A stretch of DNA of 64,000 bases from Candidatus Rokuibacteriota bacterium (GTDB lineage Bacteria > Methylomirabilota > Methylomirabilia > Rokubacteriales > CSP1-6), in NCBI GenBank assembly GCA_030647435.1, contig JAUSJX010000078.1, positions 40,878-104,877 of the forward strand. Direction: 5' to 3'. Positions 8,944 to 19,601 of the stretch are shown piece by piece (the first letter of the stretch is position 1; every line of letters starts with the position of its first letter). The translations under genes and the position numbers were made by a program. The notes under the pieces are model-generated. The model was given only the letters and a program-made list of their open reading frames with translations, was not told where the DNA came from and searched no databases.

Positions 8944-9987
8944 ATGTCGAGCACCTATCGCTACCAGATCCCGGTCGAGCAGACGCAGTGGAAGTTCGAG
9001 GGGCAGAACGAGACCATCCTCAACTGGGAATACGAGGACGGGCACGCGAAACTCCTGGCCCTCTACGACAAGGGCAAGAAGCAGCAGTGGGACGCCGCCA
9101 CGCGCATCGACTGGTCCCAGGACCTCGACCCCGAGAACCCGATGATGCTGGACGACCGGGCCGTGCCGATCTGGGGCTCGCCAGTCTGGGAGCGGCTCAC
9201 CGAGAAGGAGCGGGTCCGCGTCCGCCATAACCTCCAGGCCCAGACGCTCTCGCAGTTCATGCACGGCGAGCAGGGCGCGCTCATCGCCACGGCCAAGATC
9301 GTCCAGACGGTGCCCGGCGTCGACGCCAAGTTCTACGCAGCGACCCAGGTCATGGACGAGGCGCGCCACGTCGAAGCCTACGCGCGCCTCCTCCACGAGA
9401 AGTTCGAGCTGGCGTACCCGATCACGCACGGTCTCAAGACCCTCCTCGAGCAGACGATCAGCGACCGCCGCTGGGACATGACCTACCTCGGCATGCAGAT
9501 CCTGATCGAGGGCCTGGCGCTCGCGGCCTTCCAGCGCATCCGCGACACGGCGAAGAACCCCCTCGCGGCGGCCGTCAACGCCTACGTCATGCAGGACGAG
9601 GCCCGCCACGTCGCCTTCGGGCGCCTGGCGCTGCGCGACTACTACCCGAACCTCTCGGACGGGGAGCGCGACGAGCGCGAGGAGTTCGTGGTCGAGGCCT
9701 GCTACCACATGCGCGACCGCTTCAACCAGCGCGAGGTGTGGGAGACGCTCGGGCTTCCGGTGGAAGAGTGCGTCCAGGCGACCATGCAGTCCGACCAGAT
9801 GCGCCAGTTCCGGACGCGCCTCTTCACCCGCATCGTGCCGACCGTGAAGGACATCGGCCTCTGGGGCCAGCGCGTCCAGAAGGCCTACGCCGACATGGGC
9901 GTGCTGGACTTCGCCACGATCGACGCGGAGGCGCTCCTCGACAACGACGCGAAGGTCGCCGAGGAGTTCGACGCCGGCCGGCGTTGA
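8944..9987 (+). CDS. Ferritin-like diiron-carboxylate oxygenase, AurF (p-aminobenzoate N-oxygenase)-like
   Basis: Two E-x(2)-H diiron ligand motifs (DEARHVEAY and DEARHVAFG) in a four-helix ferritin-like frame. The protein length of 347 aa fits the AurF/CmlI family. Confidence 0.65.
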   Translation: MSSTYRYQIPVEQTQWKFEGQNETILNWEYEDGHAKLLALYDKGKKQQWDAATRIDWSQDLDPENPMMLDDRAVPIWGSPVWERLTEKERVRVRHNLQAQTLSQFMHGEQGALIATAKIVQTVPGVDAKFYAATQVMDEARHVEAYARLLHEKFELAYPITHGLKTLLEQTISDRRWDMTYLGMQILIEGLALAAFQRIRDTAKNPLAAAVNAYVMQDEARHVAFGRLALRDYYPNLSDGERDEREEFVVEACYHMRDRFNQREVWETLGLPVEECVQATMQSDQMRQFRTRLFTRIVPTVKDIGLWGQRVQKAYADMGVLDFATIDAEALLDNDAKVAEEFDAGRR

Positions 9988-10817
9988 CGCGGGGAGTGGC
10001 GCTGGGCGTGGCGCTGGCCTTCCTGCCGGGCGCCGCCGCCGCCGACGGCATCATGCTCATCCAGGCCGGCGCCTTCTGGATGGGCAGCGACAGCGATGAC
10101 CCGAACGAGGTGCCGCTCCACCGGGTGTACGTCCGGGACTTCTGGATCGATCGTCACAAAGTGACCAACGCCGAATTCGTCCGGTTCCTCAACGCCCGGG
10201 GCGCCAGGAGCTCCGAAGGCGAGGACTACTTCGACTGGGACGATGCGGACGTGCGAATCCACGGGCCGGTTCGCGGGGGGCCGGGGCGCGGACCGGCGGG
10301 CCCCTACGCGGTCGATCCGGGCTTCGAGAATCACCCGGCGGTGGAAGTGAGCTGGTTCGGCGCGCGGGACTACTGCCTCTGGAAGGGCCGCCGCCTGCCG
10401 ACGGAAGCGGAGTGGGAGAAGGCGGCGCGCGGCCCGGACAAGCGCCGCTACCCGTGGGGCGACGCGGCGCCGACGCCCGCTCGCGCGATCTACGGCCGCG
10501 CGTACAACGCCACGGCGCCCGTGGGCGCGACGACGCCCGGAGGCGAGAGCCCCGACCGCGTCCAGGACATGCTGGGCAACGTGAGAGAGTGGACGGCGAG
10601 CGAGTACCGCCCCTACCCGTACGTGGCGGGTGACGGGCGCGAGGCCGCCGGGCGCTTCGCCCGCCGCGTGGTGCGCGGAGCGAGCCACGACGATCCGCTC
10701 GAAACACTGCGCGTGACGTTCCGCCGCTACCACGAGCATCGCGGCGTCGCCCGCGGCCACCACTTCATCGGGTTCCGCTGTGCCACGTCGGAGGACTTGG
10801 GGGAAATGGCCAAATGA
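9984..10817 (+). CDS. Formylglycine-generating-enzyme family protein (SUMF1/EgtB/PvdO fold) with a predicted signal peptide
   Basis: FGE-sulfatase-domain motifs (RVYVRDFWIDRHKVTNAEF, RLPTEAEWEKAARG, GNVREWT, RVVRGAS). The TTG start at 9984 overlaps the upstream TGA. The N-terminus MTRGVALGVALAFLPGAAAADG looks Sec-type. Confidence 0.8.
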   Translation: MTRGVALGVALAFLPGAAAADGIMLIQAGAFWMGSDSDDPNEVPLHRVYVRDFWIDRHKVTNAEFVRFLNARGARSSEGEDYFDWDDADVRIHGPVRGGPGRGPAGPYAVDPGFENHPAVEVSWFGARDYCLWKGRRLPTEAEWEKAARGPDKRRYPWGDAAPTPARAIYGRAYNATAPVGATTPGGESPDRVQDMLGNVREWTASEYRPYPYVAGDGREAAGRFARRVVRGASHDDPLETLRVTFRRYHEHRGVARGHHFIGFRCATSEDLGEMAK

Positions 10818-12445
10818 AGGGTCTGATCATGGACTACCCGCTGACGCTCACGCAGTTCTTCGAGCGGGCGCGCAAGATCTTCCACCGGAAGACGATGGCC
10901 ACCCGCGTGCCAGGGCTCGGGCTCCAGCGCTACACCTACCGCGACTACGCGGACCGCGTCTGCCGGCTCTCGGCGGCGCTCGCGGGCCTCGGGCTCAAGA
11001 AGGGCGACCGGGTCGGGACGTTCGCGTGGAACTCGCACCGGCACATGGAGATCTACTTCGCCGCGCCCTTGATGGGCATGGTCCTGCACACCGTCAACAT
11101 CCGTCTCTCGGCCCAGGACCTGACCTACATCATCAACCACGCCGAGGACCAGGTCCTGATCGTGGACGCGAGCCTCTGGCACCTCCTCGAGCCCATCCGC
11201 AAGGACCTCAAGAGCGTCAAGCACGTGATCGTCATGAAGGACTCGCCGACCGCCGAGATCCCCGCGGGCGCGCTCGACTACGAGGCGCTGGTGGCTGACG
11301 CGAACCCGATTGAGGCCTGGCCGAAGCTGGACGAGACCGACGCCGCGGGCATGTGCTACACGTCCGGCACGACCGGGCACCCCAAGGGCGTGCTCTACAC
11401 CCACCGCGGGATCTATCTGCACTGCTTCGGCTCGTCCACGGTGGACGTGCTCGGCATCTGCGAGCGCGACGTCATCCTGCACATCGTGCCGATGTTCCAC
11501 GCCAACGCCTGGTGCGTGCCCTTCGCCGGCGTCATGAACGGCTCCACGCAGATCTTCGGCGGCCCCAACCCCCAGCCGCGCGACATCATCGAGATCGTCC
11601 ACAACGAGCGCGTCACCGTGGTCGGCGCCGTCCCCACGGTGTGGATCGCCATCCAGGCCATCCTCGAGAAAGAGCCGCAGTGGGACATCTCGTCCATCCG
11701 CTGCATCCCCATCGGCGGCTCAGCGGCGCCCAAGAGCCTCATCGAGCTGTTCGACAAGAAGTACGGCGCCTACATGCTCCACGCCTGGGGCATGACCGAG
11801 ATGTCGCCGCTCGGGACCGTGTGCCGCCCCCGCTCCTACACGGACAGCCTGCCCGAGGAGGAGCGCTACAACATCCGCGCCAAGCAGGGCGCGATGGTGG
11901 CGGGCGTGGACATGCGGATCGTCGACGAGGGCGGCAGACTCCAGCCATGGGACGGCAAGAGCGTGGGCGAGATCCAGGTGCGCGGGCCCTGGATCACCAG
12001 TGGCTACTACAACAACCCGGCCGGCGCCGCGCAGTTCACCGAAGACGGCTGGTTCCGCACCGGCGACGTGGCCAGCATCGACTCCGAGGGCTACGTCCAG
12101 ATCACCGACCGGACCAAGGACCTGATCAAGTCGGGCGGCGAGTGGATCTCGAGCGTGGACATGGAGACCGCGATCATGGACCACCCGAAGGTCCTCGAGG
12201 CGGCCGTCATCGCGGTGCCCCACGAGCGCTGGCAGGAGCGGCCGCTCGCCTGCGTCGTGCCCAAGCCGGAGTTCAAGGACAAGCTGACCGAGAAGGAGAT
12301 CCTCGACCACCTCACGCCGCGTGTCGCCAAGTGGTGGCTGCCCGACGAGGTCGTCTTCATCGACGCCGTGCCCAAGACCTCCGTCGGCAAGTTCGACAAG
12401 AAGGTCCTGCGCGAGCGCTTCAAGAACTGGAAGCCGAAGGCGTAG
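10814..12445 (+). CDS. Acyl-CoA synthetase / AMP-dependent ligase (long-chain fatty-acid--CoA ligase-like)
   Basis: AMP-binding motif YTSGTTGHPKGV plus the C-terminal GEWIS and VGKFDK motifs. The ATG overlaps the upstream TGA (ATGA). Confidence 0.85.
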   Translation: MKGLIMDYPLTLTQFFERARKIFHRKTMATRVPGLGLQRYTYRDYADRVCRLSAALAGLGLKKGDRVGTFAWNSHRHMEIYFAAPLMGMVLHTVNIRLSAQDLTYIINHAEDQVLIVDASLWHLLEPIRKDLKSVKHVIVMKDSPTAEIPAGALDYEALVADANPIEAWPKLDETDAAGMCYTSGTTGHPKGVLYTHRGIYLHCFGSSTVDVLGICERDVILHIVPMFHANAWCVPFAGVMNGSTQIFGGPNPQPRDIIEIVHNERVTVVGAVPTVWIAIQAILEKEPQWDISSIRCIPIGGSAAPKSLIELFDKKYGAYMLHAWGMTEMSPLGTVCRPRSYTDSLPEEERYNIRAKQGAMVAGVDMRIVDEGGRLQPWDGKSVGEIQVRGPWITSGYYNNPAGAAQFTEDGWFRTGDVASIDSEGYVQITDRTKDLIKSGGEWISSVDMETAIMDHPKVLEAAVIAVPHERWQERPLACVVPKPEFKDKLTEKEILDHLTPRVAKWWLPDEVVFIDAVPKTSVGKFDKKVLRERFKNWKPKA

Positions 12446-12719
12446 CGCGGGCCCCTGCCGGACTCGCCTCGCCTCAGACCTGGATGCCTCGTCGGAAGGT
12501 CGTCAAGCGCAGCGCCGGGCGCCGCCCCGGTCAGCCGGCGGGGCGGTTCTGGTACGGCGCGCGGAGAGCATAGCGTGGCGATCAAGGAGCAGGACGGTCA
12601 CAACCGCTTGGGTTCGCCACCAGTCTGAGGTGCACCCTGCAGGGGCATTGACTGAGCGCCGTAGATGCTGGAGTATTGTGTGGCCTCAAGGTGAACTGAA
12701 GTAGGCGGATCTGCTGTGA

Positions 12720-13261
<542 letters not shown>

Positions 13262-13272
<11 letters not shown>

Positions 13273-13693
13273 GATTCTCCTAGCCGATAGCGCTGAGGTC
13301 CGCGAGGGCCTCCTCTTCCTTCTTGGCGGCGGGTGGGCGGAGACGGGCCCGGCACCGCAGCCGTTCGCGATCGCCGGGCTCGTCGAGGTTGATTGGGAGG
13401 AGACCAACGCACGCCACTCTATCGAATTCACGCTGGAGGATGAAGACGGTGCGCCATTGGTCGTCCCAACGCCCGCGGGAGACCAACCCGTCAAGATAGC
13501 TTCAGCATTCGAGCTTGGCCGCCCGCCTGGCAGCGTTCGCGGCAGTTCGTTCAACATGCCTGTCGCCGTCCCGATCGTGGCGCTCCCATGGACGCCGGGG
13601 CGGCGCTATGTAATCCGGCTCACTATCGACGGGGCTGAGGTGGACCGGCTCAAGTTCTCGGTCAGAGCGGGCCTGCTAGCGCCACAACGCTGA
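13262..13693 (+). CDS. Hypothetical protein, 143 aa, no recognisable family; start overlaps the BrnA-like gene
   Basis: An ORF in a lower-GC island with overlapping stop/start, which suggests co-transcription with the TA pair. Confidence 0.4.
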
Positions 13694-13805
13694 AGAACTA
13701 CTGGTCTGTGGTCGCAGAAGGGAATGGTAAGCCGTCGGCTCGGCTGAGCTTAGAGGACCCCGCCCGAAACCAACGATACTACGGCGTAGCCGCCCCTGCC
13801 CCTTG

Positions 13806-14360
13806 TCAGGGTGTCACTGTGAATGGATACCGTGCGATGATCTGATCGTCGATAGTCAACTCAAGGGGCCATTCACCGGGCACCTGGACGTTGACGGATG
13901 GTAGCACTTGCGTGAACCATGTCCGAGTCGAGGTGGCAGTAGAATCACGCAACACGCGATCCTGCTGCGCTGCCAGAGTCCCGTCAGGCTTGTACCACTT
14001 GAATTTCCCCATCGGGGTGCGCCCCGACTTGTACAGATTCAAGAAGAACGTTGCAGGCTGATCCGCCTTGAATTGGGACACGGGTTCGGGGAATGTCTGG
14101 AGAGTGCCGGTCGGCGGCGTCACTTTAATGACGTACGCCCGAACCACAAGATCCTTCGGCTGAGCGGTCGCGTACTGGGCCTTAGAGCTATCCGCCCGGT
14201 ACTTCGCCACGCAGTCTTGAAACAATCTGTAGTTCCCGTCGTTGTTCTGCTTGACCCAGTACCTGCCATCAGCCTCCACACGATCAATCCACACTCCGGG
14301 AAAGTGATCGCACGCTCGCATGGCGTCCATCGTTGCATCTTGCTGGGGCGTGTTCTGCAT
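13806..14360 (-). CDS. Hypothetical protein, 184 aa, no recognisable family
   Basis: An ORF in the same lower-GC island. There is no start codon upstream of the in-frame lipobox-like LVGC, so no signal peptide is predicted. Confidence 0.45.
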   Translation of the reverse strand: MQNTPQQDATMDAMRACDHFPGVWIDRVEADGRYWVKQNNDGNYRLFQDCVAKYRADSSKAQYATAQPKDLVVRAYVIKVTPPTGTLQTFPEPVSQFKADQPATFFLNLYKSGRTPMGKFKWYKPDGTLAAQQDRVLRDSTATSTRTWFTQVLPSVNVQVPGEWPLELTIDDQIIARYPFTVTP

Positions 14361-14752
14361 CGAGCCACATCCGACAAGTACGATTGAGCTTCAGACGACT
14401 GCCCAACCCGCTAGCCGTCGGAACATCCCTCCTGGATTCCCCTTGTGCATGGGTCTCCTTCCAAGCGCCTCTGCTGGGCCTTGACCACGTTCCCGACAGC
14501 CAAGGCCTTCGAGCGCGTCGGAATCACAGGACGCTCGATCGACCGCCGCTCCCCTCGCCTCGGCCAGGGCACCGAAGCCTCCCCGCCACAACCCTCCCTC
14601 GGCAACGGACTATGGCATGTGAGAGACCCTGGGGCAATGGCGGCCGTGCACGGTCATGAGTACCCCGTGCCGCGAGACGCGCTTCTTGGTAGGAGGCGGC
14701 GCGCCGTCTATACTTGGCGCAGCGGTGCTTCCATCACATAGGAGGGTATAGA

Positions 14753-15829
14753 GTGGGCTGGCTCGACCGCTTCCCCGGGCGCAAGCCGGCGGGCGACCCC
14801 AAAGCGCTCGCTCGCGTCGCGCCGGGCGACAGGATCGAGGCCGGCGGCGAGACCTGGAACGTAACGGCCGTGCTCTTCTACGACGGCGCGCGGGCGGTCG
14901 CCAGCCTCGTCGCGCTCGCGATAATGCTGGCGCCCGCGCCGGCCCGCGCGTCATGCAGAGCGTCCGGCGTGCCGCCTGACGCGCCCATGGCCCTGGTGCT
15001 CTCGGGCGGCGGCGCCAAGGGCGCCTACGAGGCCGGCGTCGCCGCTGCCCTGGTCGAGCGCGGGCTGCCGATCCGGCTCGTCGCTGGCTCTTCCGCCGGC
15101 GCTCTCAATGCAGCCATGATCGCCAGCGGTCAAACCGATCGGCTCGAGGCGATGTGGCGCACGGTGACGCGGGAGCAGGTCTACACGCTGCGCGGGCCGG
15201 TAATCTTCGCGGGCTTTCTGCCCGGCTGGCTCACCCTGCTCGTCCTGAACGAGACCAGCGCGCTCTTCGATCCGGCGCCCTTGCGGGATCTGATCGCCGC
15301 CTCGGTCGATCTCGACCGTCTTCGCGACTCTCCCATCCGCCTCGTCGTTACCGCCACCGATCTCGCTCGTGGCGAGAAGCGTATCTTCGACAACCGAACG
15401 GTGACGGTGGACGCGCTCATGGCGGCCTCTGCCGTGCCCGGCCTATTTCCTCCGGTCGAGGTGGATGGGGCGCTGCTGGTGGACGGTGGGCTGACCGGCC
15501 GCGCGCCCGTGCTCGAGGCGCTCGAGGCGGACCCGACGCTGGGCCGGGTCGTCGTCGTGCTGAGCTACGCGCAGGCCGAGCGGAGCCCCGAGCCCACGAC
15601 GATGCGCCGGGCGCTCGAGGCGAGCTTCGAACTGGTCATGGTCCACCAGATCCGCCGCGATACGGAGCTGGCTCGCCTTCGCGCTCCCAACGTGGACGTG
15701 CAGCTCTTGACACCGTCGGCGCCGATGCTGCTCCGGCCGCTCGACTTCGACCAAGACGCGATGGCACGCCTGCTCGCCCTCGGGCGCGCCGACGCCCTCG
15801 CGTGCCTGGAGACGTGGGCGCGGAAGTAA
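14753..15829 (+). CDS. Patatin-like phospholipase; start uncertain (GTG at 14753 after GGAGGG, or an internal ATG)
   Basis: GGGAKG oxyanion motif and GSSAG serine lipase motif, with a conserved DGG near the C-terminal third. Confidence 0.75.
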   Translation: MGWLDRFPGRKPAGDPKALARVAPGDRIEAGGETWNVTAVLFYDGARAVASLVALAIMLAPAPARASCRASGVPPDAPMALVLSGGGAKGAYEAGVAAALVERGLPIRLVAGSSAGALNAAMIASGQTDRLEAMWRTVTREQVYTLRGPVIFAGFLPGWLTLLVLNETSALFDPAPLRDLIAASVDLDRLRDSPIRLVVTATDLARGEKRIFDNRTVTVDALMAASAVPGLFPPVEVDGALLVDGGLTGRAPVLEALEADPTLGRVVVVLSYAQAERSPEPTTMRRALEASFELVMVHQIRRDTELARLRAPNVDVQLLTPSAPMLLRPLDFDQDAMARLLALGRADALACLETWARK

Positions 15830-15842
15830 GCCGGCTATCTCC

Positions 15843-18206
15843 TCAGAGCTTGCCCAACGCCTTCAGCACGACCTCGGGGGTGATGGGCTGTGACGTGACG
15901 CGCGCCCCGAACGGGGCGAGGGCGTCGTTGACGGCGTTGAGCACGGCCCCCGGCGCCCCCGCCGTGCCCGCCTCGCCGACGCCCTTGAAGCCGCCCTCGG
16001 CGTAGGCCGTCGGCGTCTCGACGTGGCCGACCACGATCTCGGGCATCTCGGCTGCCATCGGCACGAGGTAGTCCATCATCGTGCCGGTCAGCAATTGCCC
16101 CTGCTCGTCGTAGACCAGGTGCTCGTAGAGCGCGGCGCCGATGCCCTGGACGATGGCGCCGCGGATCTGCTCGTCCACCAGGCGCGGGTTGATGATGCGC
16201 CCGCAGTCCTCCACGCACCAATGCTTGAGCAGGCGCACGAAGCCCGTCTCGACATCCACCTCGACGTGGGAGAGCTGGATGCCGTTGGTGAAGGCAAAGC
16301 CCTGGTGGCGCGGCACGTAGTGGCGCGTCACCGTCAGCTCGGACTGGAAGTCCTTCGGGAGCGTGTCGGGACGGAAGTAGGCGACGCGGCCAAGCTCGGC
16401 CAGCTCCAGCCTCACCTCGCCAGTCATCAAATCCACGATCTTCCCGAGCCTGATGTCGAGATCCTCCGGCTCGCACTGAAGGATCGCCGCCGCGACCTTG
16501 AGGATGTTGTCGCGGATAGCCTTGCCCGTCTGGAGCGCCGCCTCGCCGCCGATGCCGGCGCCGCGCGACGCCCAGGTGCCGCCGCCGTAAGGCGAGACCA
16601 TGGTGTCGCCCGTTAGCACGCGGACGTCTTCCATGGCCACGCCCACCGCGCTCGCCACGACCTGCGCGATCATGGTGTCCGTCCCCTGCCCCTGCTCCGT
16701 CACGCCGGTCATGCAGGTGAGCTTGCCCGACGGCTCGAGCTTGATCGTGCAGCCGTCCTGGGATGAGATGCGGGCGCCGCCCACGCCGTAGAAGGCCGGG
16801 CCCGGCGTGGTCAGCTCGATGAAGGCGCAGAGACCGAGCCCGCGGTAGGTCCCATGCGTGCGGCGCTCGTCGCGCTCGGCGCACAGCACGCGGTAGTCGG
16901 AGATCTCCAGCAGCTTGTCGAGCGCCTCCTCGTGCGACAGGCGCTCGAAGAAATAGCCCGTCTGGGATGTGTGCGGGTACATCTCGGCCGTGACGTAGTT
17001 CTTCCGGCGCATCTCGACGGGGTCGAGGCCGAGGTCGCGCGCCGCCCTGTCCACCATGGCCTCCATCACCGCGAAGGCGATCGGGTGGCCGACGGCGCGG
17101 TACTGGCACATGGGCGTCTTGTTCTGGAAGACCACGCGGAGGCTCGCGGCGTAGTCGCGAAAGCGGTAAACCCCGGGCGTGAGGCGAATTGTCTGGTTGC
17201 CCTCGACGACGCTCGTGCGCGGGTAGACGGAGTACGGGCCGATGCCGGTCAAGTCGTCCACGCGCATGCCGAGAATGGTCCCGTCGCGCTTGACGGCCAG
17301 CTCGGCCTTCACATGGTGCTCCCGCGCGTGGATGTCGCTCACAAAGGACTCGAGCCGGTCCGCCGTGAACTTGACCGGGCGGCCGAGCATCACGCTGAGC
17401 GCGCAGGTCGCCATCTCATCCGGGTAGATGTGCACCTTGATGCCGAAGCTCCCGCCCACGTCCTTGCAGATGACGCGGACGTCCTGCTCGGGCAGCCCCA
17501 GGTGGCGCGCCAGGATGTCCTGCATCATGTTGGGCGCCTGGAAAGAGTGGTACACCGTCAGCCGCCGCTCGGACGGGTCGAAGTCGGCCAAAATGACGCG
17601 CGCCTCGAGCGTGACGCCCGTGTGCCGGCCCATGGTGAAGGTCTCGGTCAGCACGGCGTCGGCGCTCTTGAAGGCCGCGTCCGCGTCGCCCGAGTTGAGC
17701 TCGAGCTTGAAGGCGAGGTTGTCGCCGAGCTCCGGGTGGATCACCGGCGTCGAGGGGTCGAGCGCGGTCTCGGGATCCGTCACGGCCGGCAGCGGCGCCC
17801 ACTCGACGCGCACCCGCGAGACGCCGTCTTCGGCGACGGCGCGGCTCTCCGCCACGACGGCTGCGACGGGCTCGCCCTGCCACGAGCCCTTGTCGACGGC
17901 GAGCGGCCGCTGCATGGCGGACTTCATCCCCTGGAAGTGGGCGAGGGTGCCGACCCACCCCGAGCAGACCGGCGCCATCTCCTCGCCCGTGACGATGGCG
18001 ATGACTCCGGGCAGGGTCCGTGCCTCGGTGGAGTCGACGGACACGATGCGCGCGTGGGCGTGCGGGCTCCGGACGAAGGCGACGTGGAGCATCCGCGGCA
18101 GCGTGATGTCGTCGGTGAAGACGCCCCGGCCCGCGAGAAGCCGCGCGGTCTGCGGCCTGACCACGCTCTCGCCGATGTAGCTCCGGCCCTTTTCGATCCG
18201 GCTCAT
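15843..18206 (-). CDS. Xanthine dehydrogenase / CO dehydrogenase family molybdopterin-binding large subunit (CoxL-like)
   Basis: The N-terminal MSRIEKGRSYIGESVVR..GRGVFTDD is typical. Size and gene order fit the MSL pattern, but no form I/II CoxL active-site motif was seen. Confidence 0.85.
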   Translation of the reverse strand: MSRIEKGRSYIGESVVRPQTARLLAGRGVFTDDITLPRMLHVAFVRSPHAHARIVSVDSTEARTLPGVIAIVTGEEMAPVCSGWVGTLAHFQGMKSAMQRPLAVDKGSWQGEPVAAVVAESRAVAEDGVSRVRVEWAPLPAVTDPETALDPSTPVIHPELGDNLAFKLELNSGDADAAFKSADAVLTETFTMGRHTGVTLEARVILADFDPSERRLTVYHSFQAPNMMQDILARHLGLPEQDVRVICKDVGGSFGIKVHIYPDEMATCALSVMLGRPVKFTADRLESFVSDIHAREHHVKAELAVKRDGTILGMRVDDLTGIGPYSVYPRTSVVEGNQTIRLTPGVYRFRDYAASLRVVFQNKTPMCQYRAVGHPIAFAVMEAMVDRAARDLGLDPVEMRRKNYVTAEMYPHTSQTGYFFERLSHEEALDKLLEISDYRVLCAERDERRTHGTYRGLGLCAFIELTTPGPAFYGVGGARISSQDGCTIKLEPSGKLTCMTGVTEQGQGTDTMIAQVVASAVGVAMEDVRVLTGDTMVSPYGGGTWASRGAGIGGEAALQTGKAIRDNILKVAAAILQCEPEDLDIRLGKIVDLMTGEVRLELAELGRVAYFRPDTLPKDFQSELTVTRHYVPRHQGFAFTNGIQLSHVEVDVETGFVRLLKHWCVEDCGRIINPRLVDEQIRGAIVQGIGAALYEHLVYDEQGQLLTGTMMDYLVPMAAEMPEIVVGHVETPTAYAEGGFKGVGEAGTAGAPGAVLNAVNDALAPFGARVTSQPITPEVVLKALGKL

Positions 18207-18691
18207 CCGCGCCCCCGCGCCTCGGCGGTCTTCCGCACCGCCTCGACGATGGCGTGATACCCGGTGCAGCGGCAGTAGTTGCCAGAAAGCGCCTCGCGAA
18301 TCTCCTGGGCGCTCGCACCCGGCTTGCGCGCGAGCAGGTCCTGAGCCGTCAGCAGCATGCCTGGAGTACAGAAGCCGCACTGCAGCGCGTTCTCCTGCGC
18401 GAAAGCCTGCTGGAGGTCGAAGACCTCGCCCGTTCCCGCGACGCCCTCGATGGTCTCGACGCGGCAGCCGTCGCACTGGACGGCCAGCATGAGGCAGCCG
18501 CGCACGATGGCCCCATCCACCCGCACCGTGCAGGCGCCGCAGACGCCGTGCTCGCAGCCCACGTGAGAGCCCGTCAGCTCGAGGCCGTAGCGGAGGAAGT
18601 CCACCAGGCTCTGCCTCGGCTCGACGCGCCGGCTCACCGCCACGCCGTTCACCGTCAACGAAATCTGAATCGCCGGGTCCATGTCAGGCAA
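18203..18691 (-). CDS. (2Fe-2S)-binding small subunit of the molybdo-flavoprotein (CoxS-like)
   Basis: Two Cys clusters: CEHGVCGACTV and CGFCTPG...CRCTGY. Confidence 0.85.
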   Translation of the reverse strand: MPDMDPAIQISLTVNGVAVSRRVEPRQSLVDFLRYGLELTGSHVGCEHGVCGACTVRVDGAIVRGCLMLAVQCDGCRVETIEGVAGTGEVFDLQQAFAQENALQCGFCTPGMLLTAQDLLARKPGASAQEIREALSGNYCRCTGYHAIVEAVRKTAEARGRG

Positions 18692-19538
18692 CGATCTGCG
18701 CCACGGCCCGGGCGAGCAGCACTCGGGCCAGGTGACGTCTCAGCGCGGGGCTCGCGTGGACATCACCCGGAGGGTCCAGATCGGCGTCAAGGACGCGGCC
18801 CGCCTCCGCCACGACATCGGCGTCAGGACGACGGCCCGAAAGCGCGGCCTCGGCGCGAAGGACGCGGACAGGCGTCGGGCCGACACCGCAAAACGCCAAC
18901 CGCGCCTCCATGATGGCCCCGCCCTCGACCCGGCAGTGGGCGGCGAGACCGACCAGCGCGTAGTCGCCGTGGCGCCGGGCCAGCTCGTCGAAGCGGGAGC
19001 GCCAGCCGGGCCCGATGGGCGGCACCACGACGGCCGTCACGATCTCGCCCTGCGCGAGGTCCGTCGTATAAATGCCGCGGAAGAAGCGCTGGGCCGGAAT
19101 GTCGCGCCGCCTCCCGCGCCCTGCCGCGCGGACAATCGCGTCGAGCGCGATGAGACAGGCCGGCAGCTCGGCGGCAGGATCGGCGAGCGCGACACTGCCG
19201 CCGACGGTGCTACGAGTCCGGATGGCCCGGTGGCCCACGTGAGGCATCGCTTGGGCAATCAGCGGCGCATGGCGGGCCACGAGCGGCGAGGCCTCCACGG
19301 CCTCGTGCCTCGCGAGCGCGCCGATGACGAGCCCGTCCGGCTCCAGGCTGATCCCGTCGAGCCCGGGCAGGCGGTTGATGTCGATCAGCGCGGCGGGGGC
19401 GGCGAGGCGCATGTTGAGGGCGGGCACCAGGCTCTGGCCGCCCGCCAGGACGCGGCCGTCGGCGCCGTAGCGCTCGAGCAGCGCCAGGGCCTCGTCGAGA
19501 GAGGCGGGCCGGTGATAGGCGAACGGAGCGGGCTTCAC
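18684..19538 (-). CDS. FAD-binding medium subunit of the molybdo-flavoprotein (CoxM-like)
   Basis: AGGQSL FAD-binding motif. The M-S-L gene order has overlapping junctions. Confidence 0.8.
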   Translation of the reverse strand: MKPAPFAYHRPASLDEALALLERYGADGRVLAGGQSLVPALNMRLAAPAALIDINRLPGLDGISLEPDGLVIGALARHEAVEASPLVARHAPLIAQAMPHVGHRAIRTRSTVGGSVALADPAAELPACLIALDAIVRAAGRGRRRDIPAQRFFRGIYTTDLAQGEIVTAVVVPPIGPGWRSRFDELARRHGDYALVGLAAHCRVEGGAIMEARLAFCGVGPTPVRVLRAEAALSGRRPDADVVAEAGRVLDADLDPPGDVHASPALRRHLARVLLARAVAQIVA

Positions 19539-19601
19539 GCGGGAATCCTACCTTGACGCTTGAAACAGCGCCCTGCTATGTTACGGCCCGGTTCCCCCGC
19601 C

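Noticed and set aside
14361-14393. Lipoprotein signal (..VLVGCGS) in frame just upstream of the 13806-14360 ORF
   Set aside because: Only 10 codons separate it from an in-frame TGA and none is a valid start codon, so the lipobox cannot be part of the translated protein. It was treated as coincidence.
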